Shown: positions 12,501 through 23,229 of the stretch, one piece after another
Numbering within the stretch: position 1 is the first letter of the stretch
Layout of the letters: each line of letters begins with the position of its first letter
NCBI GenBank assembly: GCA_002104945.1
Contig: MCFH01000048.1
Span: 248,001 to 312,000 of the forward strand
Direction: 5' to 3'
Source of the DNA: Piromyces finnis finn
Lineage: Eukaryota; Fungi; Neocallimastigomycota
DNA length: 64,000 bases
Translations under genes and position numbers: made by a program
The notes under the pieces: generated by a model
Told to the model about the DNA's origin: nothing
Databases searched by the model: none
Seen by the model: the letters and a program-made list of their open reading frames with translations, nothing else

Positions 12501-15041
12501 TTCTTTGAAATTGTGGTAGTACTTCTCCACGATTTCTTCAGGTGTGGGTTGATTTTCGTTTAAGTTTTCTCCCTGTACCAACCCTACGTAAATGTGATTT
12601 TTCTCTAAGTTTGACTCTTGTACCAACCCTACTGAAACACAAGTTTTCTCTAAGTTGGATTCAAATGCCAACCCTCCGGAATCACATTTTTTCTCTAAGT
12701 CAACACTCTGTACCAACCCTACTGAAACGGGATTTTTCTCTAAGTCAGAACTTCGTGTCAACCCTCCGGAAACACAAGTTTTCTCTAAGTTGGAACTCGA
12801 TGCCAACCCTCCGGAACTTCCGTTTCTAGTTTCTTTTGTAGCCTTGTGGCTACCATTGCCCACGATTTCGGCTTCAATGTTTTCTGCGGTTACAGTTACC
12901 AGAGGCCTTCTTGCTTTTGCATTAGTAACTGTAGTTATGGGACTTAATTGAGTACAGTAGTAGATGTCACCACCATTCACACCATAACTGTTGGTATGTC
13001 CTTTATCCTTATCATTATCTACTACGAAGTACCTCACTTGTGCATCTTTATCGTAACCTCTGTAGATAAAGTGCTCATCCATGAAGCCCAGTCCCACAAT
13101 GATCATCTCCGGCATGTTGTCGGATAGGTGACAACTTGTGTTGAAGCAGTATGGTTTAGCTTCTTGTTCGCCAGATGGAGTTAACCATAACTTCAACTGC
13201 AAGTCATCTGAGAACTGCTTTAACTCGATATCTCCATTCACAGTTCTGAATATGGCTGGTTTGTCCACTACCTTTAACCCGAGCTTCTTTGCCAAATTTG
13301 GGTGAATGAGGTTTGTAGTGGAACCAGTATCATACAAGACTTCTACCCTTTTTATATCTCGAGGGTTGCTTCTTGCATTTATTTCAGCTACTAATTGGTT
13401 CTGACTGTAGTAGCTGTTATTAACCGTCGTTTGACTTGCCATAGCCTTAGGTAATGGGTTATTTCCCATACTAGAAGGTCCTTGCCTTGGTTGGAAGCTA
13501 GAACTTCTTCTAAAGCTTGACTTGTTTAATGATTCACGACGTTCTTTAATACCGTTATTGTTTTTTGCGTAAGCCTGAGTGTTGGTCTGCTCAACTTTAG
13601 GCTTATTATTTGGCTTGTTGTTCTTCTGCTTTAACTCAGCCCATCTAGATGGTCTACATGGGTCTGTGATGTCCAACAAGGCCATAATAGTGGTCTGGCG
13701 GTCTCTTTTGTCGTACTTTTCTATGGTTTCATTACGGAAGACTGCTTGGTGATCATCGCACTTTAACAAGACTTCACTTAATGTTTCCAGCGTACGTTCC
13801 TGTTCAGGGATATCATAGAACGCTTCCCTGACAGAAGGCCTGACCTGTTGTATTAACACCTGTCTCCTAACATTTTCAGGAAGCCCAAGTGTTTCCGTCA
13901 ATTCATTGAACTCTTCCAAGTAGTCGTATGCTTTTCCCCACTCATGTGTGAGTTTAAGCAACTTTGACTTGCAGAGTTCATGGGGAGACTCTGGTGGAAA
14001 CTTATCTTGAAGGTGGAGGAATAGTCTTTCAGCATCAGGATTCCTACGCTGCAGCGTCCTCTCTCTAAGTCTATACCATCTCAATACTTTCCCACCTAGA
14101 TGATCTTCAATGAAGCTAACCTTTGCCTTTTCGTCGTTACCATAGTCATATGGATAACGTTTGAAATGACGTAAGCACTTCTCTTGAAAACCCTCTAAGT
14201 CTATCCCATTATTATCAAACATAGGCACTTTTTCTTCATACCTATGTACTCGCCAGTCGAACATCTTCACGTCCCCATCCTCGGAGTATTCCGTAGGGTT
14301 GGTGCTGCTACTAGTTCCAGCACCATGAGGATTACCCGTACCACCGGTTTGATAGGATGTTCTTTCATGAGCTCTGGCTTCAGCTCTTCTGTTCATGGCT
14401 TCGACTTTAGCCTCGAACAATTTTTCTCTTTCTTCTAGAGCGTTTCGTTGCTCCCTCAATCTGGCCATCTCTTCTTCAAGCTCTTTTTTATAAGAGACAA
14501 AGGCACTAGATTGACGGTACAACGTTTCTTGGTTGTTTAGCACTTGCTGGTGGTCTTGTAACCTTTCCTCATGTTCTGCAGTAAAGGCATTTTCCACAGC
14601 ATGCAGCTCTTCCAAGCTAACTTGGCTAGCCGACTCATTAGCTTCCAACATTTGATCCACTTCAACAAATTTTTGCTGAAGAGCATCGTTTATCTCGCTC
14701 TTGTAAACCTCAATACCACGAAGTTGTTCTTCCATAGCACCCAGACGGTTTCCCATACTAGCAAACTGGCTAGATATTTCTGAAACCCATCTATTAAGAA
14801 GAACCTCAATGTGTTGCATTGGGTTTACCTCACTATTATTAGTAAAAAAGAAAGAAGGATCAACAGGGGCGGGCATAGAATCCCCCTGTTGAACCTGTAA
14901 ATTCTGATTAGATTCGACCTCAGTGCTTTCGAGAAGCACCGGGGTTCGAACCCGTGACATTCCCTCTACACCATCCATGCCATCCGCGCTCGCCGCGTCA
15001 GGACGGGTCCCGTCCCTTACGAATGATGTTTTTGTGTCCAT
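9546..15041 (-). CDS. Gag-Pol polyprotein of element 1 (PR, RT, RNase H, integrase, chromodomain); true N-terminus displaced to 21720-21765
   Basis: Motifs: PR YDTGS; RT LDLKSAY and YLDDIIIYS; RNase H CDASNYAVGGVL; integrase HHCC, DRGVQF and GQVERNN; C-terminal chromo-like YQYLATFSDFRQEWV. Confidence 0.95.
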   Translation of the reverse strand: MDTKTSFVRDGTRPDAASADGMDGVEGMSRVRTPVLLESTEVESNQNLQVQQGDSMPAPVDPSFFFTNNSEVNPMQHIEVLLNRWVSEISSQFASMGNRLGAMEEQLRGIEVYKSEINDALQQKFVEVDQMLEANESASQVSLEELHAVENAFTAEHEERLQDHQQVLNNQETLYRQSSAFVSYKKELEEEMARLREQRNALEEREKLFEAKVEAMNRRAEARAHERTSYQTGGTGNPHGAGTSSSTNPTEYSEDGDVKMFDWRVHRYEEKVPMFDNNGIDLEGFQEKCLRHFKRYPYDYGNDEKAKVSFIEDHLGGKVLRWYRLRERTLQRRNPDAERLFLHLQDKFPPESPHELCKSKLLKLTHEWGKAYDYLEEFNELTETLGLPENVRRQVLIQQVRPSVREAFYDIPEQERTLETLSEVLLKCDDHQAVFRNETIEKYDKRDRQTTIMALLDITDPCRPSRWAELKQKNNKPNNKPKVEQTNTQAYAKNNNGIKERRESLNKSSFRRSSSFQPRQGPSSMGNNPLPKAMASQTTVNNSYYSQNQLVAEINARSNPRDIKRVEVLYDTGSTTNLIHPNLAKKLGLKVVDKPAIFRTVNGDIELKQFSDDLQLKLWLTPSGEQEAKPYCFNTSCHLSDNMPEMIIVGLGFMDEHFIYRGYDKDAQVRYFVVDNDKDKGHTNSYGVNGGDIYYCTQLSPITTVTNAKARRPLVTVTAENIEAEIVGNGSHKATKETRNGSSGGLASSSNLEKTCVSGGLTRSSDLEKNPVSVGLVQSVDLEKKCDSGGLAFESNLEKTCVSVGLVQESNLEKNHIYVGLVQGENLNENQPTPEEIVEKYYHNFKEAFNEEIANQLPEHRPYDCKIDLEPDASLHKGPIYPFNPEEEKALKEYIEENLAKGFIRKSESPAGYPVLFVPKKSGERRLCTDYRRLNKVTVRNSFPLPLISQVFEAVKGATIFSKLDLKSAYNLVRIREGDEYKTAFSTKFGHYEYLVMPFGLTNAPATFQGFINTVLAEEINDCCQVYLDDIIIYSKSLEEHVGHVKRVLQKLIDNRLVAKLAKCEFHKEELAFLGHVVGKYGIKTDPEKLKAVASWPQPTNIKELQSFLGFCNYYRKFIKDFSKIARPLYAMTSKKVQFLWNEERIQAFEKLKEMLLSPPVLAYPDHDRQFIVECDASNYAVGGVLSQLGDDNELHPVYYYSKKLTKAEINYSITEKELLAIRNAFIEWRHLLMGAKHKVLVYSDHRNLLFATKPQLLTARQARWQELFAAYNFEIIYRPGKMNGRADILSRMVSPEQVQLEMEKASLLRPEQVKEFPPVEEECYAVLEVSFVGELKQAYNTDELAREIRDGLDAKRGHKLIKKKWLMVNGLIVRKDAPERTYVPKVLRETIIKLNHDSETAGHLGKDKTYDLIARNYYWPKMKDDIAGYIKACTICCTQKDNRHKPYGSAARVKVADLPWQEVEIDFLTDLPIKERRKPGSSPSEPPEVTRRGCIMVCSDKLTKMIHLVGFRSMPTAKETALAYLQHVFKLHGCPRSVTTDRGVQFTSKLWKDIMGFFGVEVNLATTGHHETVGQVERNNSYVSMYLRCFVKTFDDDEWLKYLYLAEFCYNNAVHSSTKQSPFLALYNYQVHMNPQDSELVHSLGEAPILDSFAHNLGNLKHMLDISRTRFLDHLDHRRELNYPKIRLLDLVWLRKPENYNPLPFYKLQARKYGPFKVIGIDESKLNYRLDISKSPFPNVYPVFHISELEPYHNKPEELTPAPVGYQKIIKIMNARRKKDNYQYLATFSDFRQEWVDADIIDKNSHYDKLLKEFQDKCYQEFMVSVQNPA
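12553..12817 (-). repeat. 45-bp (15-aa) in-frame tandem repeat, about 6 copies, between PR and RT
   Basis: Protein units SGGLASSSNLEKTCV / SGGLTRSSDLEKNPV / SVGLVQSVDLEKKCD and so on. The DNA motif ttttctctaag recurs every 45 bp. Confidence 0.85.
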
Positions 15042-16368
15042 GTAAAATATTGTATTAATAGAATAATGTATTTAATACGTATTTAAAATAATGTACAATG
15101 TATTGAATTAATGTACCGTAAATCTTTACAAAATTTATATCACAATACATTAACATAAATCTATGTGAAATCTAAAGTTACGATAAAATAATGTATTACA
15201 ATACATTAACATAAATTTATGTAAATTTAATTTTATGATAAGATAAAGTTTTTGATGATAGAATAAAATTTTAAATTAAATAAATTTTAACCAATAAATA
15301 TTTTAGATAATAAAAAATTTTTTTATAAACTAAGCCTCAAAATTAGAAATAAATAAATTGAATATATGTTTGAAATATAATCAACCATATAGTAAATAAA
15401 TCAAAACTTTATTTTAAGTTTAGAAAATTCTTTAGTAAATAAATTGAATTTAAATAGTTTAATACAAATAATTTCTTTTAATAAATGTATAAATATAAAC
15501 AATGTAAAATTATAATATTAAAACATGTATATTAGAATTTATTCAATTTATTTAAAAAGTATAAATAAAGAAAATTTTTCAACTATTGAAACGATAGTTG
15601 GAAAATCGTATAGGTTAATTTTGTTTAGATAAATTAACATTAGTTTATCATTAGTTTATAGTTTAGATTAATAATTTTAGTTTTAAATAAATATAAATTG
15701 ATTACCTAGTGAGGGCTCTGGTAAAATATCCTTCACGGTAAAGTAATCAACGGTTGTTTAGTTAGTATAGTTTTAAAAATAAATAAATAAATAAATAAAA
15801 ATTATTATTAAAAATAATTAGTTTAATTGTTAGTTTAGTGTTGTATACAAACCTGAACTTTAGAATATTTTACAATTTTCCAACTTATTAGAATAGGAAG
15901 TTCACCTTTGTATACGAATAGTAATAGAAAATAATATTAAAAAAAAAAAAAAAAAAAAAATTAATTATAGTGAGAATTTAATAATAGAATTAAATTCGGG
16001 GATTATATAAAATATATTAATATTAAAAAAAAAAAAAAAAAAAAATTTTTTTGTTAGAAATTAATTTTAGTTAATTTCGGGGTATTTTATAATTATTTGG
16101 TATAGAATAATTTGTTGTTAAAATAGTTTAATAGTTAATAATCAATAAATAGTAATAATAAAAATATATTAGTTTGGTTAATAACTAGTTGTTAGTTTAG
16201 TAGTAGTAAATAATAAAAAGGTTAGTATAGTATAATAATAAGGTTGTTAAATTATTTATTTAATATAAGAATATAAGAATAAAATAATTAGGAATAGTCA
16301 AGTTGAATAGTATAAATAATTGGGATATTAAATATTGGTTGACTATTTGTTGTTTATTAAGTAGTAAT

Positions 16369-18026
16369 ATGAATACTAGATATAGAATGTTAGACAACCG
16401 TGACGATGGAATAGCTGGAGCCAGTGACGCAGGCTCTGAGGCGAGTTCCATGATGGACATTGAGGATGAGACTGGTAAAAGCGTTAACACCAGGGGAAGA
16501 CTCATCCCAAAACCTCCAAGATTTTCAGGAAAAAGAAGTGAACTTCTTTACTTCCTGGCAAGATTGGAGAAATATTTCAAATATAACTTAGAAGAAGATG
16601 CTACCAACGCCTACAAGCTGGATATCTTGGGATGCTACCTGGAAGGAACCGCCGCCGAATGGTTTGCCGACTTGGAAAGAGAAGAAAGCCCCCTGTTGAA
16701 CTCCTATGAAGATTTATTGAGGCAATGAAGGCTCGCTATAAAACTGTAACAGTGCCGATGTAGCCAACAGTCGACTTGCAAAATTGAAGTCAAGTCAATT
16801 CAAGAACGTCATGGACTACTGCGAAGAATTTGAAAAGATGGCTAGAGACTCGTCTTTTAACGATGAAGCGAAAATCCATTTCTTTATGGAAGGTTTACCA
16901 ACTTCAGTCAAGGAAAAAGCTAAGCTCCTTTACCCAAGAATTAGGAAGTTAACTGAGTTAATTAATGTCGTTGCTGCCAATGTAGAATTAGAATGGAAAG
17001 TCTTTGGAAAAGATCCTATGGATGTCGACGGAAAGAAGAACCGAAGATATAACAGAGACTTAGGATCAAGGTACCTCTCTTATGGTGTAAAATATAGAAA
17101 TTATGTAGACCAAGAAAGCCCACTACCTCAGCTAAGCCTAGAAAATGTTTCTTCTGCAAAAGGACTGGACATATTAAGAAGGATTGTCCTCAACTTAAGG
17201 ATAAGGTTATAAATAGACCAAAAGCGTTTATAGCTACTACCGCTGGAAGAAGAATGTTAAATGTTTATGACATTCTATTACAAGTCAATAATGGAGTGTA
17301 TCTTAAAGCTCTTGTGGATTCTGGTTCGGACTTAGACTTTTTGGATTGGAAAGCCGTGGACAAGTACAAGATCCCATTCCAAAGAATGTTTAAGGATAAG
17401 TTTGTTGAAGGTATAGGTGGTAATGGATTCTTGAAGTATGAAACAATTCCTTTAATCATGAACATCAAGAATCATAAAGAATCCATTCAATTCTACCTTA
17501 CTGATCTTCCTTCTGGTATTTCTGTCATTCTGGGTAAGAATTGGTTAAGAAAACACGATCCTACAATTAGCTTTAAGGATCAAACTCTTGAATTCAAATC
17601 CGAATTCTGTTCTTTGAATTGCTGTGCTACTCCAGAAGACATGAAAAGAAGAAATCAAGAAGCGCAATTGGCCAAAGAAGAAGAAAGAAGAAAAGAAAAG
17701 GAACTCGTACAAGAAATACTTAACAATTATAAGAATAGTTTAAAAATTAGAGAAAGTGAAATTAGGAATAAAGAAAATAGAAAAATTATAGATAAAAATA
17801 AAATTCATGTATTAAAAAGAAATGTAGTAAAAATTTAAAATTAAATAAAAAGAATGTTCAAAAGTATATTGTATGTAGTGTTCTTTCAAATGATGAAAAT
17901 AGTGGTGAAGATGTTAGAGAAAATATTGTAGAAATTCCAGATGTATATAAGGAATTTGAAAATGTATTTGATGAAGTTGAGTGTAATGAACTACCTCCAC
18001 ATCGAATATACGATTGTAAAATAAGA
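16369..18026 (+). pseudogene. Gag-PR region of element 2, broken by four apparent 1-nt frameshifts
   Basis: Gag segments lie in successive frames. The CCHC knuckle CFFCKRTGHIKKDC (17146-17187) is in frame with protease LVDSGS. Shifts occur near 16715, 16740, 17100 and 17835. Confidence 0.8.
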
Positions 18027-20867
18027 TTGAAAGATAAAGATAACTTATTTTATGGTCCTTTATACCCTCTAACAGAAGAAGAAAGGAATACGTTAAAGGA
18101 GTATATTTCTGAAAATCTAGAAAAAGGATTTATAAGACCGTCTACTTCACCTGCTGGAGCACCTGTGCTATTTGTTAGGAAAAAGGATGGAACTTTAAGA
18201 TTGTGTGTTGATTACCGAAGACTCAATGAAAACACAATCAGGGATTCATATCCACTACCTCTCATATCTGAATTATTCGATAGATTAAGAGAAGCCAAAG
18301 TTTTTACTAAACTTGATCTCAAGTCTGCTTATAATCTAGTTCGAATAAATGAAGGTGATGAATATAAAACTGCATTTAGGACAAGATTTGGTCACTTTGA
18401 ATATCTTGTCATGCCGTTTGGATTAAAAAACGCTCCTGCAACTTTCCAACATTTTATCAATGATGTTCTCGGGGAATACTTGGATGAATTCGCCTTTTCT
18501 TATATTGATGATATTCTTATCTATTCGAAAAACTTGGAAGAACACCGAAAGCATGTAAAGAAAGTTCTTCAAAGATTAAAAGAAAATGGTCTTTATGCGA
18601 AACTTAGCAAATGTGAATTTGAAACTTCAGAAACTACTTTCTTAGGGCATGTTATCTCAGATAAAGGAATCTCTATGGATCCAAAGAAGGTTAAAGCTAT
18701 TATGGAATGGCCTGTACCAACATCTGTTAAAGAAGTGCAATCATTTATCGGATTATGTAATTATTATAGAAGATTTATTCCAAACTTTGCTAGTATTGCT
18801 AAACCGTTACATAATCTAACTAAGAAAGATGTCAATTTTCATTGGCCAGAAGAATGTAATGAAGCTTTTTGTATATTAAAGAAATTTTTTACCGAGGAAC
18901 CAATTTTAATTCATGCTGATCCTGAATTACCTTTTGTGGTTGAGACAGATGCAAGTAATTTCGCAATCGGTGCCGTATTATCTCAAAGATTACCGGATAA
19001 TAACGAGCTTCATCCAATTTGTTATTATTCAAGGGGATTGACTAAATCGGAAAAGAATTATCCTATTTATGATAAGGAACTTTTGGCTGTTATTGAAGCT
19101 TTGAAACAATGGAGACACTACTTAGAAGGAGCCAAGCATCAATTTATGATCTATACGGATCATAAAAATCTTACCTTTCCTAGAAAGCCTGAACTATTGT
19201 CGCAAAGACAAATTCGCTGGAATTTGTTTTTGACTCGTTATGATTTCAAAATACAATATAGACCGGGTAAAGAAGGTGGAAAACCTGATGCTTTTTCAAG
19301 ACGTCCTGATTATGAAGAAGATAAAAGTAATAAAGAAGACGAAGAAGCCTATTCTTGCTTGACAGTTAAAGAAATCGAAGATACTTTATGTCTTGTGTCT
19401 ATTCAAGGGAATCTCAAAGAAGATTTAATTAAAGAAATTAAAGAAGATGAAGAAATTAAGGAGTTAATAAATATTCTACAAGGAAAATCTACCGCAAGTA
19501 AGAAGTATAAGAAGTTAATGAAGAATTTTAAGTTAAGCGAAGAGGGAATTCTTTTGTATAAAAGTTTAATTTATGCACCAAAGAAAATGAGAGATATAAT
19601 AATCTCAATGCATCATGACAATCCAATTCATGGTCATTTTGGTATTATTAAAACAAAAGAATTAATTACAAGAAACTTTGTTTGGATAAACATGACTCAA
19701 GATATAGTTAAGTTTATTGCTTCTTGTAAAGTTTGTGGAGCTGCTAAGGTTGATCGTCATAGACCTTATGGACTTTTACAGCCGCTACCAACTCCTGAAA
19801 GACCGTGGTCTTCTGTTTCTATGGATTTTATAACTGATTTGCCAAAGTCAAAGGAAAAAACAGTTATAATGGTTGTTGTGGATAGATTAACGAAGATGGC
19901 CCACTTTATTCCGTTTAGAATGATTCCTACTGCTCAAATTGCTGCTGATGTTTTCTTTAGAGAAGTTTTTCGTTTACATGGTCTACCTGATGAAATAATA
20001 TCGGATCGAGGAACCCAGTTTACTTCAGAATTTTGGCAAAGATTATGCACTTTGTTGAACATAAAGCACAATATCTCGAGTGCTCATCATCCTCAAACAG
20101 ACGGGCAGACTGAACGTGTAAATAGTATTTTAGAACAATTTCTTAGATGTTATATTAACAAAAGAAAAGATAACTGGATGAACCTTTTGCCTTATGCTGA
20201 ATTTGCGTATAATAATACACTTCAGCAATCCATAAATCAAACACCATTCTTTGCAAATTATGGGCAAAATCCAAGATTTAGTACCGAAATTCCTGCTGAT
20301 AGCGACAATAGAAGAGCTAACAGGCACGCCTCTCAGATGCAAGATAATATTAAATTTTTAAAGAAGAACTTAGAAAAAGCCAAGAAAAGATATAAGAAGT
20401 ATGCCGATTGTATTAGACTTATTGGACCTAAGTTAAAGGTTGGTGACTTAGTTTGGTTAAAGCGTCCTGACTTACTTCCTAAAGGACCTCCAAAATTAAC
20501 AAATAAGAAACTTGGACCATTTAAGATTATTGAAAAAACAGGACCCGTTTCTTATAAATTGGAACTACCAGAAAGTTTAAGATGTCATCCCGTTTTCCAT
20601 ATTTCGAACTTAGAACCTTATGTTGAAAGAGAAGTTGAAGTGAATGAATCAACTTCTAGAATTCCAAACATTGCTACCGATTCTGCTGAAGGAAGAATTC
20701 CATTGAAGATAGTTAGTGAAAAAGTTATTAATGGAACTAAGTACTACTTTATGGTTTGGAAAAACTTATTACCTTCAGAAAGTACATGGCTTAAAGAAGA
20801 TGAAATCGATGACCCTCAATTGATCCAGGAATACCTTAAATATAAGTCGCTCAGGGGCTCGACTTAA
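18027..20867 (+). CDS. Pol of element 2 (RT, RNase H, integrase, chromodomain); the frame is open upstream to ~17835
   Basis: Motifs LDLKSAY, YIDDILIYS, TDASNFAIGAVL, integrase HHCC, DRGTQF and GQTERVN; chromodomain YYFMVWKNLLPSESTWL. Confidence 0.95.
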   Translation: MKDKDNLFYGPLYPLTEEERNTLKEYISENLEKGFIRPSTSPAGAPVLFVRKKDGTLRLCVDYRRLNENTIRDSYPLPLISELFDRLREAKVFTKLDLKSAYNLVRINEGDEYKTAFRTRFGHFEYLVMPFGLKNAPATFQHFINDVLGEYLDEFAFSYIDDILIYSKNLEEHRKHVKKVLQRLKENGLYAKLSKCEFETSETTFLGHVISDKGISMDPKKVKAIMEWPVPTSVKEVQSFIGLCNYYRRFIPNFASIAKPLHNLTKKDVNFHWPEECNEAFCILKKFFTEEPILIHADPELPFVVETDASNFAIGAVLSQRLPDNNELHPICYYSRGLTKSEKNYPIYDKELLAVIEALKQWRHYLEGAKHQFMIYTDHKNLTFPRKPELLSQRQIRWNLFLTRYDFKIQYRPGKEGGKPDAFSRRPDYEEDKSNKEDEEAYSCLTVKEIEDTLCLVSIQGNLKEDLIKEIKEDEEIKELINILQGKSTASKKYKKLMKNFKLSEEGILLYKSLIYAPKKMRDIIISMHHDNPIHGHFGIIKTKELITRNFVWINMTQDIVKFIASCKVCGAAKVDRHRPYGLLQPLPTPERPWSSVSMDFITDLPKSKEKTVIMVVVDRLTKMAHFIPFRMIPTAQIAADVFFREVFRLHGLPDEIISDRGTQFTSEFWQRLCTLLNIKHNISSAHHPQTDGQTERVNSILEQFLRCYINKRKDNWMNLLPYAEFAYNNTLQQSINQTPFFANYGQNPRFSTEIPADSDNRRANRHASQMQDNIKFLKKNLEKAKKRYKKYADCIRLIGPKLKVGDLVWLKRPDLLPKGPPKLTNKKLGPFKIIEKTGPVSYKLELPESLRCHPVFHISNLEPYVEREVEVNESTSRIPNIATDSAEGRIPLKIVSEKVINGTKYYFMVWKNLLPSESTWLKEDEIDDPQLIQEYLKYKSLRGST

Positions 20868-21714
20868 GAAGAGGGGCATGTAAAATATTGTATTAATAGA
20901 ATAATGTATTTAATACGTATTTAAAATAATGTACAATGTATTGAATTAATGTACCGTAAATCTTTACAAAATTTATATCACAATACATTAACATAAATCT
21001 ATGTGAAATCTAAAGTTACGATAAAATAATGTATTACAATACATTAACATAAATTTATGTAAATTTAATTTTATGATAAGATAAAGTTTTTGATGATAGA
21101 ATAAAATTTTAAATTAAATAAATTTTAACCAATAAATATTTTAGATAATAAAAAATTTTTTTTATAAACTAAGCCTCAAAATTAGAAATAAATAAATTGA
21201 ATATATGTTTGAAATATAATCAACCATATAGTAAATAAATCAAAACTTTATTTTAAGTTTAGAAAATTCTTTAGTAAATAAATTGAATTTAAATAGTTTA
21301 ATACAAATAATTTCTTTTAATAAATGTATAAATATAAACAATGTAAAATTATAATATTAAAACATGTATATTAGAATTTATTCAATTTATTTAAAAAGTA
21401 TAAATAAAGAAAATTTTTCAACTATTGAAACGATAGTTGGAAAATCGTATAGGTTAATTTTGTTTAGATAAATTAACATTAGTTTATCATTAGTTTATAG
21501 TTTAGATTAATAATTTTAGTTTTAAATAAATATAAATTGATTACCTAGTGAGGGCTCTGGTAAAATATCCTTCACGGTAAAGTAATCAACGGTTGTTTAG
21601 TTAGTATAGTTTTAAAAATAAATAAATAAATAAATAAAAAATTATTATTAAAAATAATTAGTTTAATTGTTAGTTTAGTGTTGTATACAAACCTGAACTT
21701 TAGAATATTTTACA

Positions 21715-21765
21715 GTCCAATTTATGGACACCCCGAGGGTTAGGCGACTTACCTGCGTTTTTCAT
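21715..21765 (-). CDS. Displaced first 17 codons of element-1 Gag (MKNAGKSPNPRGVHKLD)
   Basis: The ATG at 21765-21763 joins in frame to DTKTSF once element 2 and one TSD copy are removed. Confidence 0.85.
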
Positions 21766-22057
21766 TTCTAATTCGAAAATAAATTCTTTTAATAAATTAA
21801 AGAATTTATTATATAAAATATGGTTATAATGAATTTTAAAATTTAAAAATAATGAATTTTTAATGCTAAACTATTAAAAAATAATTATTTTTAATAATAA
21901 ATTTACTTCTTTTAAATATAATATTTGAATATTATATAAAATATTGTAAATAATTATTATTAAACAATAATTTTAAATAAAATAAAATATGTTTTTTAAG
22001 AATTTTTTAATAACACTAACCTAATTAAAACTAAGCTAACGTAAGAACTAACTATAA

Positions 22058-22068
22058 AGCGTTAGTAT
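22058..22068 (-). promoter_or_regulatory. Self-priming PBS of element 1 (ATACTAACGCT)
   Basis: Abuts the 5' LTR and is the exact reverse complement of AGCGTTAGTAT inside the LTR (22343-22353). Confidence 0.8.
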
Positions 22069-22577
22069 TGTAAAAGGTTTATTATAATATTAGTTAATAG
22101 GTTATTAAATTAGTTAATTAAGTTAGTTATTACCTCTCTATACGAGTTAATAACTAAATAAAGTTTTATAAAAAATAATAAAAGAAGGAAAATAAATATT
22201 ATAACACTAAAATAAATATAAACACTTATATAAATATTTTATGAAATAACTTTTACTTAAATAATTATATTTTAATTATATCTTTTATTTATTAATTATA
22301 ATTATCTACATTAATTATTATTATAGTTATTAATTTACTTTAATACTAACGCTAAAGTATTTAACGTTAGTTTTGACTATACTATTTAACTATATGAGTT
22401 TATTTTCTTTACCACTTGATTGGGTAAAGCAAATAAACTTCCTATTTAATTAATAACCATTAATATATGGTTATGCATATATTTGGCCAATAAATGGTGA
22501 CCAGAATATATGGTTTCAATTGAAATATTTGTGGGCAAACTTATGGCCACAAATATTTCTTACAAAAAGTAGGAGTA

Positions 22578-22659
22578 GTCACTTTGGCGGAGTGGTTAAC
22601 GCGGTGGCCTGCTAAGCCATTTCCCTTTGGGAGCGCAGGTTCGAGTCCTGCAGGTGACG
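22578..22659 (+). tRNA. tRNA-Ser(GCT)
   Basis: 82 nt with long variable arm; anticodon arm GTGGC-CTGCTAA-GCCAT; B box GGTTCGAGTCC. Confidence 0.95.
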
Positions 22660-22668
22660 AAATTATAT

Positions 22669-22741
22669 GCGAAGTTGGCGCAGTCGGCAGCGCGTAAGTC
22701 TCATAATCTTAAGGTCGTGAGTTCGAACCTCACACTTCGCA
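22669..22741 (+). tRNA. tRNA-Met(CAT), elongator type
   Basis: Acceptor GCGAAGT/ACTTCGC, loop CTCATAA, G1:C72 and a TTCG T loop. It lies 9 nt after tRNA-Ser. Confidence 0.93.
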
Positions 22742-23229
22742 TATTATTTTAAATATAGAAAAAATTTTTATTTATAATCATTGTATAAATGTTAAATAAT
22801 AAAACAATATATATATATATATTTGTATATAATAATTTTTTTCAAGAAATAGACTAATAAAAATTTTTACTTATTTTATTTGGTTATTTATAATTTATTT
22901 ATTAATAAATATTATTACAAATCTATACTAATATTACATATGTTTTATTAATTATATATAATAATATTTTCTTTTATTTTTTTACAATACTTTTTATTAT
23001 ATAAAAACTTATTTTTATCTCTTAATTATTATTATTTATTATTTAACTAACTATATTAATTATAACTTAAAATTAACTTATTTCTTAATAATATAAGTCT
23101 TCTTATTTTGTACTAAAAATTATTTTTATAATTTAAAGATAAATTTATAAAATATTTAACTTTATATAAATTATATTTTTAAAATAAACTATATAAAATT
23201 ATTTAATAATTATTTTTATAATAAAATTT

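Larger units (their letters stand above)
15041..21714 (+). mobile_element. Ty3/gypsy chromovirus element 2, nested in the gag of element 1
   Basis: LTRs at 15041-15874 and 20879-21714 appear to differ only by two homopolymer indels. TSD GTCCA (15036-15040 / 21715-21719), PPT AAGAAGAGGGG at 20866-20876, PBS at 15875-15885. Confidence 0.97.
9029..22564 (-). mobile_element. Ty3/gypsy chromovirus element 1 (Tf1/sushi-like), carrying nested element 2
   Basis: 496-bp LTRs at 22069-22564 (5') and 9029-9524 (3'). PPT AGGGGGG at 9528-9534, self-priming PBS at 22058-22068, single gag-pol ORF. Outer flanks CAAAG/AAAAG match at 4 of 5 positions. Confidence 0.95.

Noticed and set aside
10378-14783. Plus-strand ORFs of 61-136 aa
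   Set aside because: They are antisense shadows of the element-1 polyprotein with no recognisable motifs.
17820-17845. Programmed -1 frameshift between PR and RT of element 2
   Set aside because: The AAATTTA heptamer is not in the upstream reading frame, and a missing A in a homopolymer explains the shift, as for the other breaks.
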